Below are positions 10,522 to 18,709 of a DNA stretch of 64,000 bases, piece by piece. Origin of the DNA: Ignavibacteria bacterium. GTDB lineage: Bacteria > Bacteroidota > Ignavibacteria > Kapaibacteriales > UBA2268. Under the pieces are notes generated by a model that ran no database searches, was not told the origin of the DNA, and saw only the letters and a list, made by a program, of their open reading frames with translations. The first letter of the stretch is position 1, and each line of letters opens with the position of its first letter. Position numbers and translations under genes: made by a program. Where the stretch lies: the NCBI GenBank assembly GCA_037445895.1, contig JBBIJO010000001.1:74377-138376 (forward strand). The letters run 5' to 3'.

Positions 10522-11022
10522 ATGAAATGTAATTTTGATAAAATGGAACACGAGAAGTTTATGGAGCTTGCAATCAAAGAAGCTAAAAAATGCCAACATT
10601 CGAAGGATGTTCCTGTGGGGAGTATAATTGTCAAAGATTCAAAAGTAATTGCAAAAGCCCATAACGAAGTCGAAAAGAGAATGAATCCAACAGCACACAG
10701 CGAATTACTTGCCATAGGAAAGGCTTTAAGGAAAAACAAATATAAATTTCTACTGAACTGCATACTATATACTACTCTCGAGCCTTGTCCTATGTGTGCT
10801 GGTGCCATAATCCTTTCGAGGATACCAGTTGTTGTTTGGGGTGCCGACGACCCTAAAAGTGGTGCAGGTGGTTCTATTGTCAATTTGCTACAAAATCCAA
10901 AATTGAATCACCGACCCGAAATTGTTCGCGGTGTTTTTGCCGAAAATTGCTCACAATTGCTTAAAGAATTTTTTAGAGAAATAAGAAAAAATGACAAAGA
11001 AAACAATTCTCGAAAAGAATAG
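10522..11022 (+). CDS. tadA: tRNA adenosine(34) deaminase
   Basis: VPVG, HN, PTAHSE, TLEPCPMCAGA, DPKSGA, LNH, FF. Confidence 0.9.
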   Translation: MKCNFDKMEHEKFMELAIKEAKKCQHSKDVPVGSIIVKDSKVIAKAHNEVEKRMNPTAHSELLAIGKALRKNKYKFLLNCILYTTLEPCPMCAGAIILSRIPVVVWGADDPKSGAGGSIVNLLQNPKLNHRPEIVRGVFAENCSQLLKEFFREIRKNDKENNSRKE

Positions 11023-11695
11023 CTTATATATTGTGCCAACACCAATTGGGAACCTGAAAGATATAACTCTACGTTCTTTAGATATATTAATGCAAGTCGA
11101 TTTAATTGCCTGTGAAGATACAAGAACGGCAAGAAAGCTCTTAAAACTTTTGGAATTGCCTTCGAAAAAATTAATTAGCTACTATGATTCACGAGAAGAA
11201 GAAAAATCTAAATTTATTGTGGAAAAAATAAAATCTGGCGAAACGGTTGCATTAATTTCCGAAGCGGGGACACCATTGATTTCAGATCCAGGATATAAAT
11301 TAGTTAATTTATGTATTAAGTCTGGAATAAAGATAATCCCATTGCCGGGTGCATCTGCTTGCCTTCCTGCTTTAATCGGGAGTGGTTTGCCTTTACATCG
11401 ATTCAAGTTCTTCGGTTTTCCACCACATAAGAAAGGGCTAAAAAATTTTTTCGACGAATTATCAAATTGCGATGTAACTTCAATAGTGTATATTTCGAGC
11501 TACAAGCTTCAGAATTTTATCGCAAATCTATGTAACTTTGTAGAAGAAAACAGAAAAATTTGTATCGCAAAAGAAATTTCCAAAATGAACGAGGAATTTA
11601 TTCGTGGAACAGTTAAGGAAGTTCGCAATGCATTTCAATCTGAGCAAATACAAATAAAAGGGGAATTTGTTATTGTATTAGAAGGTAAATCATAA
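10991..11695 (+). CDS. rsmI: 16S rRNA C1402 2'-O-methyltransferase
   Basis: LYIVPTPIGNLKDIT, ACEDTR, SEAGTPLISDPG, KEISKMNEE, KGEFV. Confidence 0.95.
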   Translation: MTKKTILEKNSLYIVPTPIGNLKDITLRSLDILMQVDLIACEDTRTARKLLKLLELPSKKLISYYDSREEEKSKFIVEKIKSGETVALISEAGTPLISDPGYKLVNLCIKSGIKIIPLPGASACLPALIGSGLPLHRFKFFGFPPHKKGLKNFFDELSNCDVTSIVYISSYKLQNFIANLCNFVEENRKICIAKEISKMNEEFIRGTVKEVRNAFQSEQIQIKGEFVIVLEGKS

Positions 11696-11704
11696 GGAGT
11701 TTTA

Positions 11705-12319
11705 ATGTTTATTACATTCGAAGGTATCGATTTCTCGGGAAAAACGACGCAAGTCTCTTTACTCGAAAAGTTTCTAATTGGCAAAAATTATGATGTCGTT
11801 ACTCTTCGAGAACCAGGCGGTACACCAATGGCAGAAGAGATACGAAAATTTCTACTTGATAAAAACAATCAGTTAAGTTCAACTACCGAACTTTTTCTGT
11901 TCGAATCTGCCCGTTCCGATTTAGTTTCGAAAGTCATTATACCTGCATTGAATTTAGGCAAAATTGTTATTTGCGACAGATTTTGCGATTCATCATTGGC
12001 ATATCAAAGTTATGGTAGAGGCCTGCCGATAGACTTCGTTGATATTTGTAACCAAAAAGCCTCGCAAGGTTTGGGCCCCGACATTACTTTTTTTATCGAC
12101 ATACCAATTGATGTTATGATTCTGCGGGGGCAACAAAGAACCAACGATAGGTTCGAAAGCGAAAAAATTGAATTTATCGAAAAAGTAATCGAAGGATTCA
12201 GAAAAATTGCAGACGAAAATCCTAGTCGAGTGCATATAATTGATGGAACTTTATCGATTACAAAAATACATTCTATGATAACTAAAATTGTTGAACAAAA
12301 TCTTGGAAAGAAGTTATGA
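11705..12319 (+). CDS. tmk: Thymidylate kinase
   Basis: FITFEGIDFSGKTTQ, REPGGT, DRFCDSSLAYQ, DRFE. Confidence 0.95.
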   Translation: MFITFEGIDFSGKTTQVSLLEKFLIGKNYDVVTLREPGGTPMAEEIRKFLLDKNNQLSSTTELFLFESARSDLVSKVIIPALNLGKIVICDRFCDSSLAYQSYGRGLPIDFVDICNQKASQGLGPDITFFIDIPIDVMILRGQQRTNDRFESEKIEFIEKVIEGFRKIADENPSRVHIIDGTLSITKIHSMITKIVEQNLGKKL

Positions 12320-13086
12320 AACTTGAGGGAAAGATTGCATTTATAACGGGTGCTTCTTCGGGAATAGGAGAAGCAACTGCAAGGGCTTTCGCAGAAAATG
12401 GCTCCAAATTAATCCTTCTTGCACGTCGAAAAGAACGCATAGAACTTCTTGCAAAGGAACTACTAGAAAAATTTGGGACTCGAAGCTTTTTGATTGTCGA
12501 AGATGTTCGCAACTACAATGGCTTAGAACGCAAAATCAGCGAAATCCCAAATGAATTCTCGGATGTAGATATTTTAGTAAATAATGCCGGGTTAGCTCGC
12601 GGTCTCGATAAAATTTACAATGGTAATATTATCGATTGGGAAGAAATGATTGATACAAACATTAAAGGTTTGTTATTCACAACACGACTACTTTCACCGA
12701 TATTTTTAAAGAAAAACTCTGGTCATATTGTAAATATTGCTTCACTTGCTGGTCGCCAAGTGTATCCAAACGGAAATGTCTATTGTGCGACCAAATTTGC
12801 TGTTAAAGCACTTTCTGAAGCAATGGTAATCGATTTCAATGGAACAAATGTAAGAATTACAAATATCGACCCTGGCTTAGTCAAAACGGAATTTTCGGAA
12901 ATTCGTTTTCACGGCGATACAGAGCGAGCAAGGCAAGTTTATCGTGGCTACGAACCACTTACTGGAATGGACATTGCCAATATTATTCTTTTCGTTGTTA
13001 CTTTGCCGCCACACGTTATGATTCAGGATATTTTGGTTACTCCAACAGCCCAAGCTACGGCTACAATTGTTCATAAGGAGTTATAA
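12316..13086 (+). CDS. SDR oxidoreductase (YdfG-like NADP-dependent 3-hydroxy acid dehydrogenase)
   Basis: TGASSGIG, NNAGL, YCATK, PGLVKTEFS. Confidence 0.88.
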   Translation: MKLEGKIAFITGASSGIGEATARAFAENGSKLILLARRKERIELLAKELLEKFGTRSFLIVEDVRNYNGLERKISEIPNEFSDVDILVNNAGLARGLDKIYNGNIIDWEEMIDTNIKGLLFTTRLLSPIFLKKNSGHIVNIASLAGRQVYPNGNVYCATKFAVKALSEAMVIDFNGTNVRITNIDPGLVKTEFSEIRFHGDTERARQVYRGYEPLTGMDIANIILFVVTLPPHVMIQDILVTPTAQATATIVHKEL

Positions 13087-13451
13087 TGGAGTTTAAAAAG
13101 TATTTTACGTTATCGGAAGCGAATAAAATGCTTCCCTTGGTCAAATCAATCATTAAAGACATTCTACAAACGTCTGCACGAATGAAGCGAATTATCATAA
13201 ATAATCCAGACGATTATCTCGAAACAAAGGAGTTTAATTTATTAAAGAATGAGTTAAATAAGTATCTGAACGAACTGGAAGAATTGGGTTGCTTTTACAA
13301 AGATTGGAACTTTACCATTGGATTGGTCGATTTTCCAGCGATTATCGATGGCGAAGAGGTTTTTCTTTGTTGGCGTGGCGATGAAGAGCAAATACAATAC
13401 TACCATAAAATGAACGAAAATTACTCTCTTCGGAAGCCTCTTTTTCATTAA
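13086..13451 (+). CDS. DUF2203 family protein
   Basis: FTLSEANKMLP...GLVDFPA...EVFLCW...YYH pattern. Confidence 0.8.
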   Translation: MEFKKYFTLSEANKMLPLVKSIIKDILQTSARMKRIIINNPDDYLETKEFNLLKNELNKYLNELEELGCFYKDWNFTIGLVDFPAIIDGEEVFLCWRGDEEQIQYYHKMNENYSLRKPLFH

Positions 13452-13482
13452 TGTGCACTTTGTAGAATATAATAAAAATACT

Positions 13483-13490
13483 TAATTTTG
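13483..13490 (+). promoter_or_regulatory. Bacteroidota-type sigmaA -7 element (TAATTTTG) upstream of tRNA-Ser
   Basis: Matches TAnnTTTG and lies 12 bp before the tRNA. The same motif recurs before many genes in the window. Confidence 0.6.
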
Positions 13491-13502
13491 TAATTGATAG
13501 TG

Positions 13503-13594
13503 GGAGAGGTGGCCGAGTGGCTGAAGGCAACGGTTTGCTAAACCGTCGTAGGGGTAAGTCTCTACCGCGAGTTCGAATCTCGCCCTCTCCGCCA
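13503..13594 (+). tRNA. tRNA-Ser(GCT)
   Basis: Acceptor GGAGAGG/CCTCTCC, anticodon arm ACGGT-TTGCTAA-ACCGT, long variable arm, GTTCGAATC T-loop, discriminator G and encoded CCA. Confidence 0.97.
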
Positions 13595-13613
13595 ACTACA
13601 ATGATATTAAAAC

Positions 13614-14075
13614 ATGCTTAATCGAAAAACAAGCGATATGATTTTGGAGTATATTAACAGCCTTCCAGATGAAAGGAAAAAAGCAATTAAACAATTACAA
13701 AAAACAATACTCGAGAATCTACCCGAAGGGTTCGAAGAAACAATTACTGATAATATGATTAGCTACGTAGTTCCTCATACTATTTATCCAAAAGGTTATC
13801 ATTGCAATCCAAATTTACCATTGCCATTTGCAAGCATTGCTTCGCAAAAATATGGGATTGCTTTTTATCATATGGGTTTATATTCCGATAACAAACTGCT
13901 GAATTGGTTTAAAGAAGAATATTTGAAATTTACCGAAATTAAATTAGATATGGGGAAAAGCTGTATTCGATTTAAAAAAATCGAACAAATTCCTTACGAA
14001 CTTATTGGAAAACTGATGGCAAAGCTAAGTGTGGAAGAATGGGTAAATCTATACGAAGCAAACATCAAAAAATAA
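13614..14075 (+). CDS. DUF1801 (YdhG-like) protein
   Basis: YVVPHTIYPKGYHC, LPFASIASQK, LDMGKSCIRFKK. Confidence 0.85.
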   Translation: MLNRKTSDMILEYINSLPDERKKAIKQLQKTILENLPEGFEETITDNMISYVVPHTIYPKGYHCNPNLPLPFASIASQKYGIAFYHMGLYSDNKLLNWFKEEYLKFTEIKLDMGKSCIRFKKIEQIPYELIGKLMAKLSVEEWVNLYEANIKK

Positions 14076-14079
14076 AATG

Positions 14080-15516
14080 TTACCCTTTTATTACTCCTAA
14101 TGGTCTTGTTCTTGCAACTGGTTGGGCGATGTCCAAGGCTTCGACGACATTTACTACTTGGTGAATATCTTTATATGCATCAGGTGATTCTTCTGCAAGC
14201 TCGCTAATGCTTTTAGTTTCTATAATTATTCCCTTATTTTCAAGTGTTTTTTTGAGATTGGCGCCGCTAATGTTTTTTTTTGCTTGAGAACGACTTAGCA
14301 ACCTTCCAGCACCGTGACAACAACTTCCAAAAGCCAATTCCATTGCTTGTGGCTTTGCGATTAGCAAGTAGGAAGCAGTTCCCATAGAACCCGGAACAAG
14401 AACTGGTTGGCCAATTGAAGCAAAACGCCCTTGCAGCATCGTCGAAGGAAATGCTCGAGTAGCCCCTTTGCGATGAACAACAAGTTTCCTTTTACGATTT
14501 TCAATTATATGGGTTTCGAGTTTTGCAATGTTATGAGCAACATCATATAACAAATTAAATTTTAAAGGTTTAATCTTTTTCGAAAAAATGTTTAACGTCT
14601 TTTCTATTTTGTGAGAAAGAAGTTGACGATTTACAAAAGCAAAATTAGCCGCTGAATTCATTGAATGGTAGTATTCTTGCCCTTCCTTCGAGAGGAAAGG
14701 CACACAAGCTAAACCTCGTTCGGGCAGTTCAATACCATATTTCTTTGTTGCAAGTTGAAATTCTTTAACGAAATCGGCACATATTTGATGCCCAAAACCA
14801 CGGGAGCCGGTGTGAACCCAAACAACAACTTGATTTTCAAATAAATTTAACTGTTCGGCTATTCGCACCGAGTAGATTTTGTCGATGTATCCAATTTCAA
14901 CGAAATGATTCCCTGAACCAAGACTTCCAATTTCTGTACTTCCTCGTTCAATTGCTCTTTCGGAAACTTTGGAAAGATTTTCAACGGGTAACTGTCCTCT
15001 ATCTTCGATGTGTTCCTGCTCGATTTTGGATATATATCCTTCGTCGACCGCCCAATTTATGCCTTCGGTAAGAATTCTTTCGAATTCATTTTTAGTAGTT
15101 TTAATTAGGGAACCTTTACCCGCTCCAATCGGAATATCATTGTGTAATTTAGTAATTATTTCAGGTAAGAATCTTTTAACTTCTTCGGTCTTCCAGTTTG
15201 TTGTCGAAAGTCGAATTCCACAATTGATATCGTATCCAACACCGCCGGGGGAAATTACCCCGTCTTTGTAATCGAAAGCTGCAACACCCCCAATAGGGAA
15301 ACCATACCCTTGATGCATATCGGGCATTGCTAACGCAAATTTAACTATTCCTGGTAAAGTTGCAACATTAAAAAGCTGATTAATAGTTCCATCGTTTATA
15401 AGCAAATTTATCTGTGAAGGATGTGCATAAAATCTTGCTGGGACCTTCATTTTTTTCGAAAAATCCTTTGGAATTTCGAAAATGTAATCATTAACCTGAG
15501 CTATAGGTATATTCAT
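14080..15516 (-). CDS. rtcB: RNA-splicing/repair ligase RtcB
   Basis: MPDMHQGYGFPIGG, GYDINCG, GSGNHF, HTGSRG, HNIAK, HRKGAT, PGSMG, HGAGR, EESPDAYK. Confidence 0.96.
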   Translation of the reverse strand: MNIPIAQVNDYIFEIPKDFSKKMKVPARFYAHPSQINLLINDGTINQLFNVATLPGIVKFALAMPDMHQGYGFPIGGVAAFDYKDGVISPGGVGYDINCGIRLSTTNWKTEEVKRFLPEIITKLHNDIPIGAGKGSLIKTTKNEFERILTEGINWAVDEGYISKIEQEHIEDRGQLPVENLSKVSERAIERGSTEIGSLGSGNHFVEIGYIDKIYSVRIAEQLNLFENQVVVWVHTGSRGFGHQICADFVKEFQLATKKYGIELPERGLACVPFLSKEGQEYYHSMNSAANFAFVNRQLLSHKIEKTLNIFSKKIKPLKFNLLYDVAHNIAKLETHIIENRKRKLVVHRKGATRAFPSTMLQGRFASIGQPVLVPGSMGTASYLLIAKPQAMELAFGSCCHGAGRLLSRSQAKKNISGANLKKTLENKGIIIETKSISELAEESPDAYKDIHQVVNVVEALDIAQPVARTRPLGVIKG

Positions 15517-15539
15517 AAATTAAAGATAGTTCGAATAAT

Positions 15540-15935
15540 TTACATATCAAAAATTAACGTACATTTGTATAATCTATTTTCACTTATAATATTTAAATTA
15601 TTATAAGTTGCAGATTTTATATTACAAAAAATATCAGGTATTTTTTTAAACCAACAATAATTCATTAATGTTAAGTTATCTATTTTAATTTTAAAATTTA
15701 ATAAATATAAATGATTATTTAATTTATAAATAATTTCATTAAGCCAATCAATTAGTAAAGTTTCGTAATCAAAAGAAATTATTTTAATATTTTCAGTAAT
15801 CAATTCATTTCCTTTCGAAAAATCAATATTGGTCATCTGAAGCATTCCTATTGTTGCATCGTAAAATAATCCTTCGAGTGAACAAGATTCTATGTATATT
15901 CCCAAATCCGCAGTGTGTTCAATCTCTTTGAACAT
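15540..15935 (-). CDS. Archease (RtcB activator)
   Basis: N-terminal EHTAD, LIDWLNE, IKSATY and C-terminal FDM. Adjacent to rtcB. The true start is likely ATG at 15935. Confidence 0.88.
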   Translation of the reverse strand: MFKEIEHTADLGIYIESCSLEGLFYDATIGMLQMTNIDFSKGNELITENIKIISFDYETLLIDWLNEIIYKLNNHLYLLNFKIKIDNLTLMNYCWFKKIPDIFCNIKSATYNNLNIISENRLYKCTLIFDM

Positions 15936-15945
15936 TTTGCGCTGC

Positions 15946-17226
15946 CTAATATTGCTTGATAAATTCATTGATAGAAGAACAAAAATAATCCAAATCTGCT
16001 GGTCTTGTATAAATATGGGGTGTAACCCTAACCCCATGGATGTTTTCCCAATTTATTGCTACCGTAAAAATTTTCTTTTTTTCAAAAAGCCAATTTGAGA
16101 CAACCTCGGGTTTTACACCTTCGACCGAAAATATGCCTAACCCGCACGAAAAATCTGGTTCGTTTGGTGTTAAGATTTTAACTCTTGGTATTTTAGCGAG
16201 TTCATTTGCCCAATATTGTCTTAACCAACGCAATCGATTTTCCTTCCTTTTGGAACCGATAGTTTCGTGGAAATTTAAGGCTTCGGCAATAGCCATTTCG
16301 GCGGGAAAAGAGCGAGTGCCAAGCGATTCGAATTTCCTAATGTTATCGCTATAAGGTGCATCATTAGAAAATAATGGTGGAATGTCCTTTATCATCTCTT
16401 TTCTAATATAAAGTAGCCCTGTTCCAAAAGGTGCACAAAGCCATTTATGAAGGCTTGTAGCAAGAAAATCGCACTTTAATTCGGAAACTTTAAATTCGAT
16501 ATGAGCGAAGGTGTGGGCTGCATCGACCAAAACATAAATCCCTCGTTTTTTGGCTTCATTAGCTATTTCCTTAACAGGCAAAATTTGTCCATTCCAGTTT
16601 ATCATATGGGTGATGTTCACAACTTTTGTTTTGCTCGTAAAGGCAGACACAAATGAATTAACGAGGTAATTTTTGTCATCCGAGGGTAAATTCAAATCGA
16701 CCCACGAAAGTTTAATTTTATCTCGTAATTCTCTATATTTCCAAGCATTTATTACATTAGGGTAATCTTGTTTTGTTAGAACTACTTCATCTCCCGGTTC
16801 CAAATTAAAACCAAAAATGATGGTATCCATTCCTTCGGTTGTATTTCTATTGATTGCGATTTCCTCGGGGAGGCATCCAACAAGTGGAGCGAGCCTTTCG
16901 CGCAAGGGTTCTCTCCCTTGGTCGAGAATTCTCCACATAAAATAAGCAGGGCCTTCATTGGATATACGATTGTATCTTTCGAAAGCCTCCTGAACAACCT
17001 TTGGCTGCGGACTAACACCTCCATTGTTAAGATTAATAATATTTTTGGATATAGAAAACGATTGATTAATCAAATTCCAAAAGTCCTCGTTTTCGAAATC
17101 ATTTTTTTCGAAGTGCCTTAAATCTTCAATTGAAACCTCTTCGGTGTTTTTAGAAAATAGTTTCATAGGGTCTAATGCACTAACAATCCCCATTATTTTG
17201 AGCAAAGTTCGTCGAGAAAATTCCAT
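15946..17226 (-). CDS. Class V PLP-dependent aminotransferase-fold enzyme with Tat signal (isopenicillin N epimerase/cystine lyase-like)
   Basis: SRRTLLK Tat motif, LNNGGVSP, RNTTEG, VDAAH and SLHKWL (PLP lysine). Confidence 0.85.
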   Translation of the reverse strand: MEFSRRTLLKIMGIVSALDPMKLFSKNTEEVSIEDLRHFEKNDFENEDFWNLINQSFSISKNIINLNNGGVSPQPKVVQEAFERYNRISNEGPAYFMWRILDQGREPLRERLAPLVGCLPEEIAINRNTTEGMDTIIFGFNLEPGDEVVLTKQDYPNVINAWKYRELRDKIKLSWVDLNLPSDDKNYLVNSFVSAFTSKTKVVNITHMINWNGQILPVKEIANEAKKRGIYVLVDAAHTFAHIEFKVSELKCDFLATSLHKWLCAPFGTGLLYIRKEMIKDIPPLFSNDAPYSDNIRKFESLGTRSFPAEMAIAEALNFHETIGSKRKENRLRWLRQYWANELAKIPRVKILTPNEPDFSCGLGIFSVEGVKPEVVSNWLFEKKKIFTVAINWENIHGVRVTPHIYTRPADLDYFCSSINEFIKQY

Positions 17227-17275
17227 TAATCATCCCCATTTTTATTAAATTTAACTTTTTTAAAAAAATTAATCT

Positions 17276-18217
17276 ATGAAAAAATTTGATTTGATAATAG
17301 TAAGTTATAAAAATTGGAATTTTACTTTCGAGGCAATAAACTCGGCTAAAAGAAACAGCTTACAGCCAAATAAAATAATAGTTGTCGATAACAATTCCTG
17401 CGACGGTAGCGTTGATTTTCTTCGTGAAAGATTTCCAGATGTGGTTTTTATCGAGAATTCGGAAAATTATGGTTATTCGAAGGCACTCAATATCGGAATA
17501 AAGGCGTCGGAGGCGGACTTCATTTTAGTTTCGAATAATGATGTTGTTTTTTCCGAGGATAATTTTGAAAAGTTAATGCGCCATATTTCATCCCGACCTA
17601 GTATAGGAGTAGTAGGTGTTAACCAAAGGTTTCCAAATGGTAAGGCCCAACATTCCTTTGGATTTTTTCCAAGTTTTTGGAATGGACTGTTTACGATATT
17701 TTTTATTAACATTTTTCGTGTTCGACTAATTAGATTTTTTTACGGTAAATTAAAGAGCCGAAGCCTTAAAAAAGTCGATTGGGTAGATGGGGCAGTTCTA
17801 ATGATTAATCGAAAAGCTTACAACGAAGTAGGCGGGTTTAGCGAGGAGTTTTTTTTCTACTCAGAAGAAACGGATTTTTGTAAACGTTTGCAAAGTAAAG
17901 GATGGGCAGTTACCATTGCTTTTGATACATCTTTAATACACTATCGTGGGCAGGGTGAAAGGAATCAACTCGGTATGAGCGAAAAAAATATACCAATTTT
18001 TGTTAAATCCTTAACAAATTTATGTGTAAAGCACCTTAGTAATTCTCAAGCAAAATTTTATTTAAAATGTGTTGGTTTGTTTTACAAGATAGTTTCTGTC
18101 ATCAATTATATAAAATTTATTTTGTTTTGGCGTTTTAATCATAAAGAAAATTCGCGAGTAAATAATTTACTTTCAAATGAGCTATTGAAAGCCGCCTCTA
18201 AAGTAGGAAAAAGTTAA
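17276..18217 (+). CDS. Glycosyltransferase family 2
   Basis: IIVVDNNSCDGS, ENYGYSKALN, NND, GGFSEEFFFYSEETDFC. Confidence 0.9.
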   Translation: MKKFDLIIVSYKNWNFTFEAINSAKRNSLQPNKIIVVDNNSCDGSVDFLRERFPDVVFIENSENYGYSKALNIGIKASEADFILVSNNDVVFSEDNFEKLMRHISSRPSIGVVGVNQRFPNGKAQHSFGFFPSFWNGLFTIFFINIFRVRLIRFFYGKLKSRSLKKVDWVDGAVLMINRKAYNEVGGFSEEFFFYSEETDFCKRLQSKGWAVTIAFDTSLIHYRGQGERNQLGMSEKNIPIFVKSLTNLCVKHLSNSQAKFYLKCVGLFYKIVSVINYIKFILFWRFNHKENSRVNNLLSNELLKAASKVGKS

Positions 18218-18332
18218 TACCAACAAAGCGATTACATTTTATGCTTATTTTGTCGATAATTTTTGTTTCAAAAAAAATTTGTAATTTTGAATGCCTTCGG
18301 GCTTTATTTTTAATTACTTTTGGAGTATTAAA

Positions 18333-18524
18333 ATGGCTCTCAAAATAACTGAAGAATGTATTAATTGTGGGGCTTGCGAACCCGAATGCCCAGTTAACGC
18401 AATTTCTCAAGGTCCAGACATTTATATTATCGATGCTGCTGTTTGTGTTGAATGCAAGGGACATTACGATGAACCACAATGCCAAACGGTTTGTCCAATT
18501 GATGATTGTATTGTCCCTGCCTAA
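18333..18524 (+). CDS. 2[4Fe-4S] ferredoxin (YfhL family)
   Basis: MALKITEECINCGACEPECP...CVECKGHYDEPQCQTVCP. Confidence 0.93.
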   Translation: MALKITEECINCGACEPECPVNAISQGPDIYIIDAAVCVECKGHYDEPQCQTVCPIDDCIVPA

Positions 18525-18547
18525 AAATTCCCTACATACATCCTTGC

Positions 18548-18580
18548 AAAACTACCCAAGATTATTTGGGTAGTTTTTTT
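18548..18580 (+). terminator. Rho-independent terminator
   Basis: AAAACTACCCAA-gattat-TTGGGTAGTTTT followed by further Ts. Confidence 0.8.
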
Positions 18581-18709
18581 GTAACTATTTAGTCATTTAT
18601 TTCGTTATTAATTTTTTAAACAATTACAATATTGAATAATAAAGTATTAAGGATATTTAAACTTCTTAATTGTTATATATGTCTATATGTTTTCAAACGA
18701 GGAGATGCT

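Noticed and set aside
15936-16037. N-terminal extension of archease in the ORF track
   Set aside because: It overlaps the aminotransferase 3' end. The conserved EHTAD motif sits right after the ATG at 15935.
13503-17226. Integrative element inserted at tRNA-Ser
   Set aside because: No integrase, no duplicated tRNA 3' end seen, and the downstream genes share the host's sequence signature.
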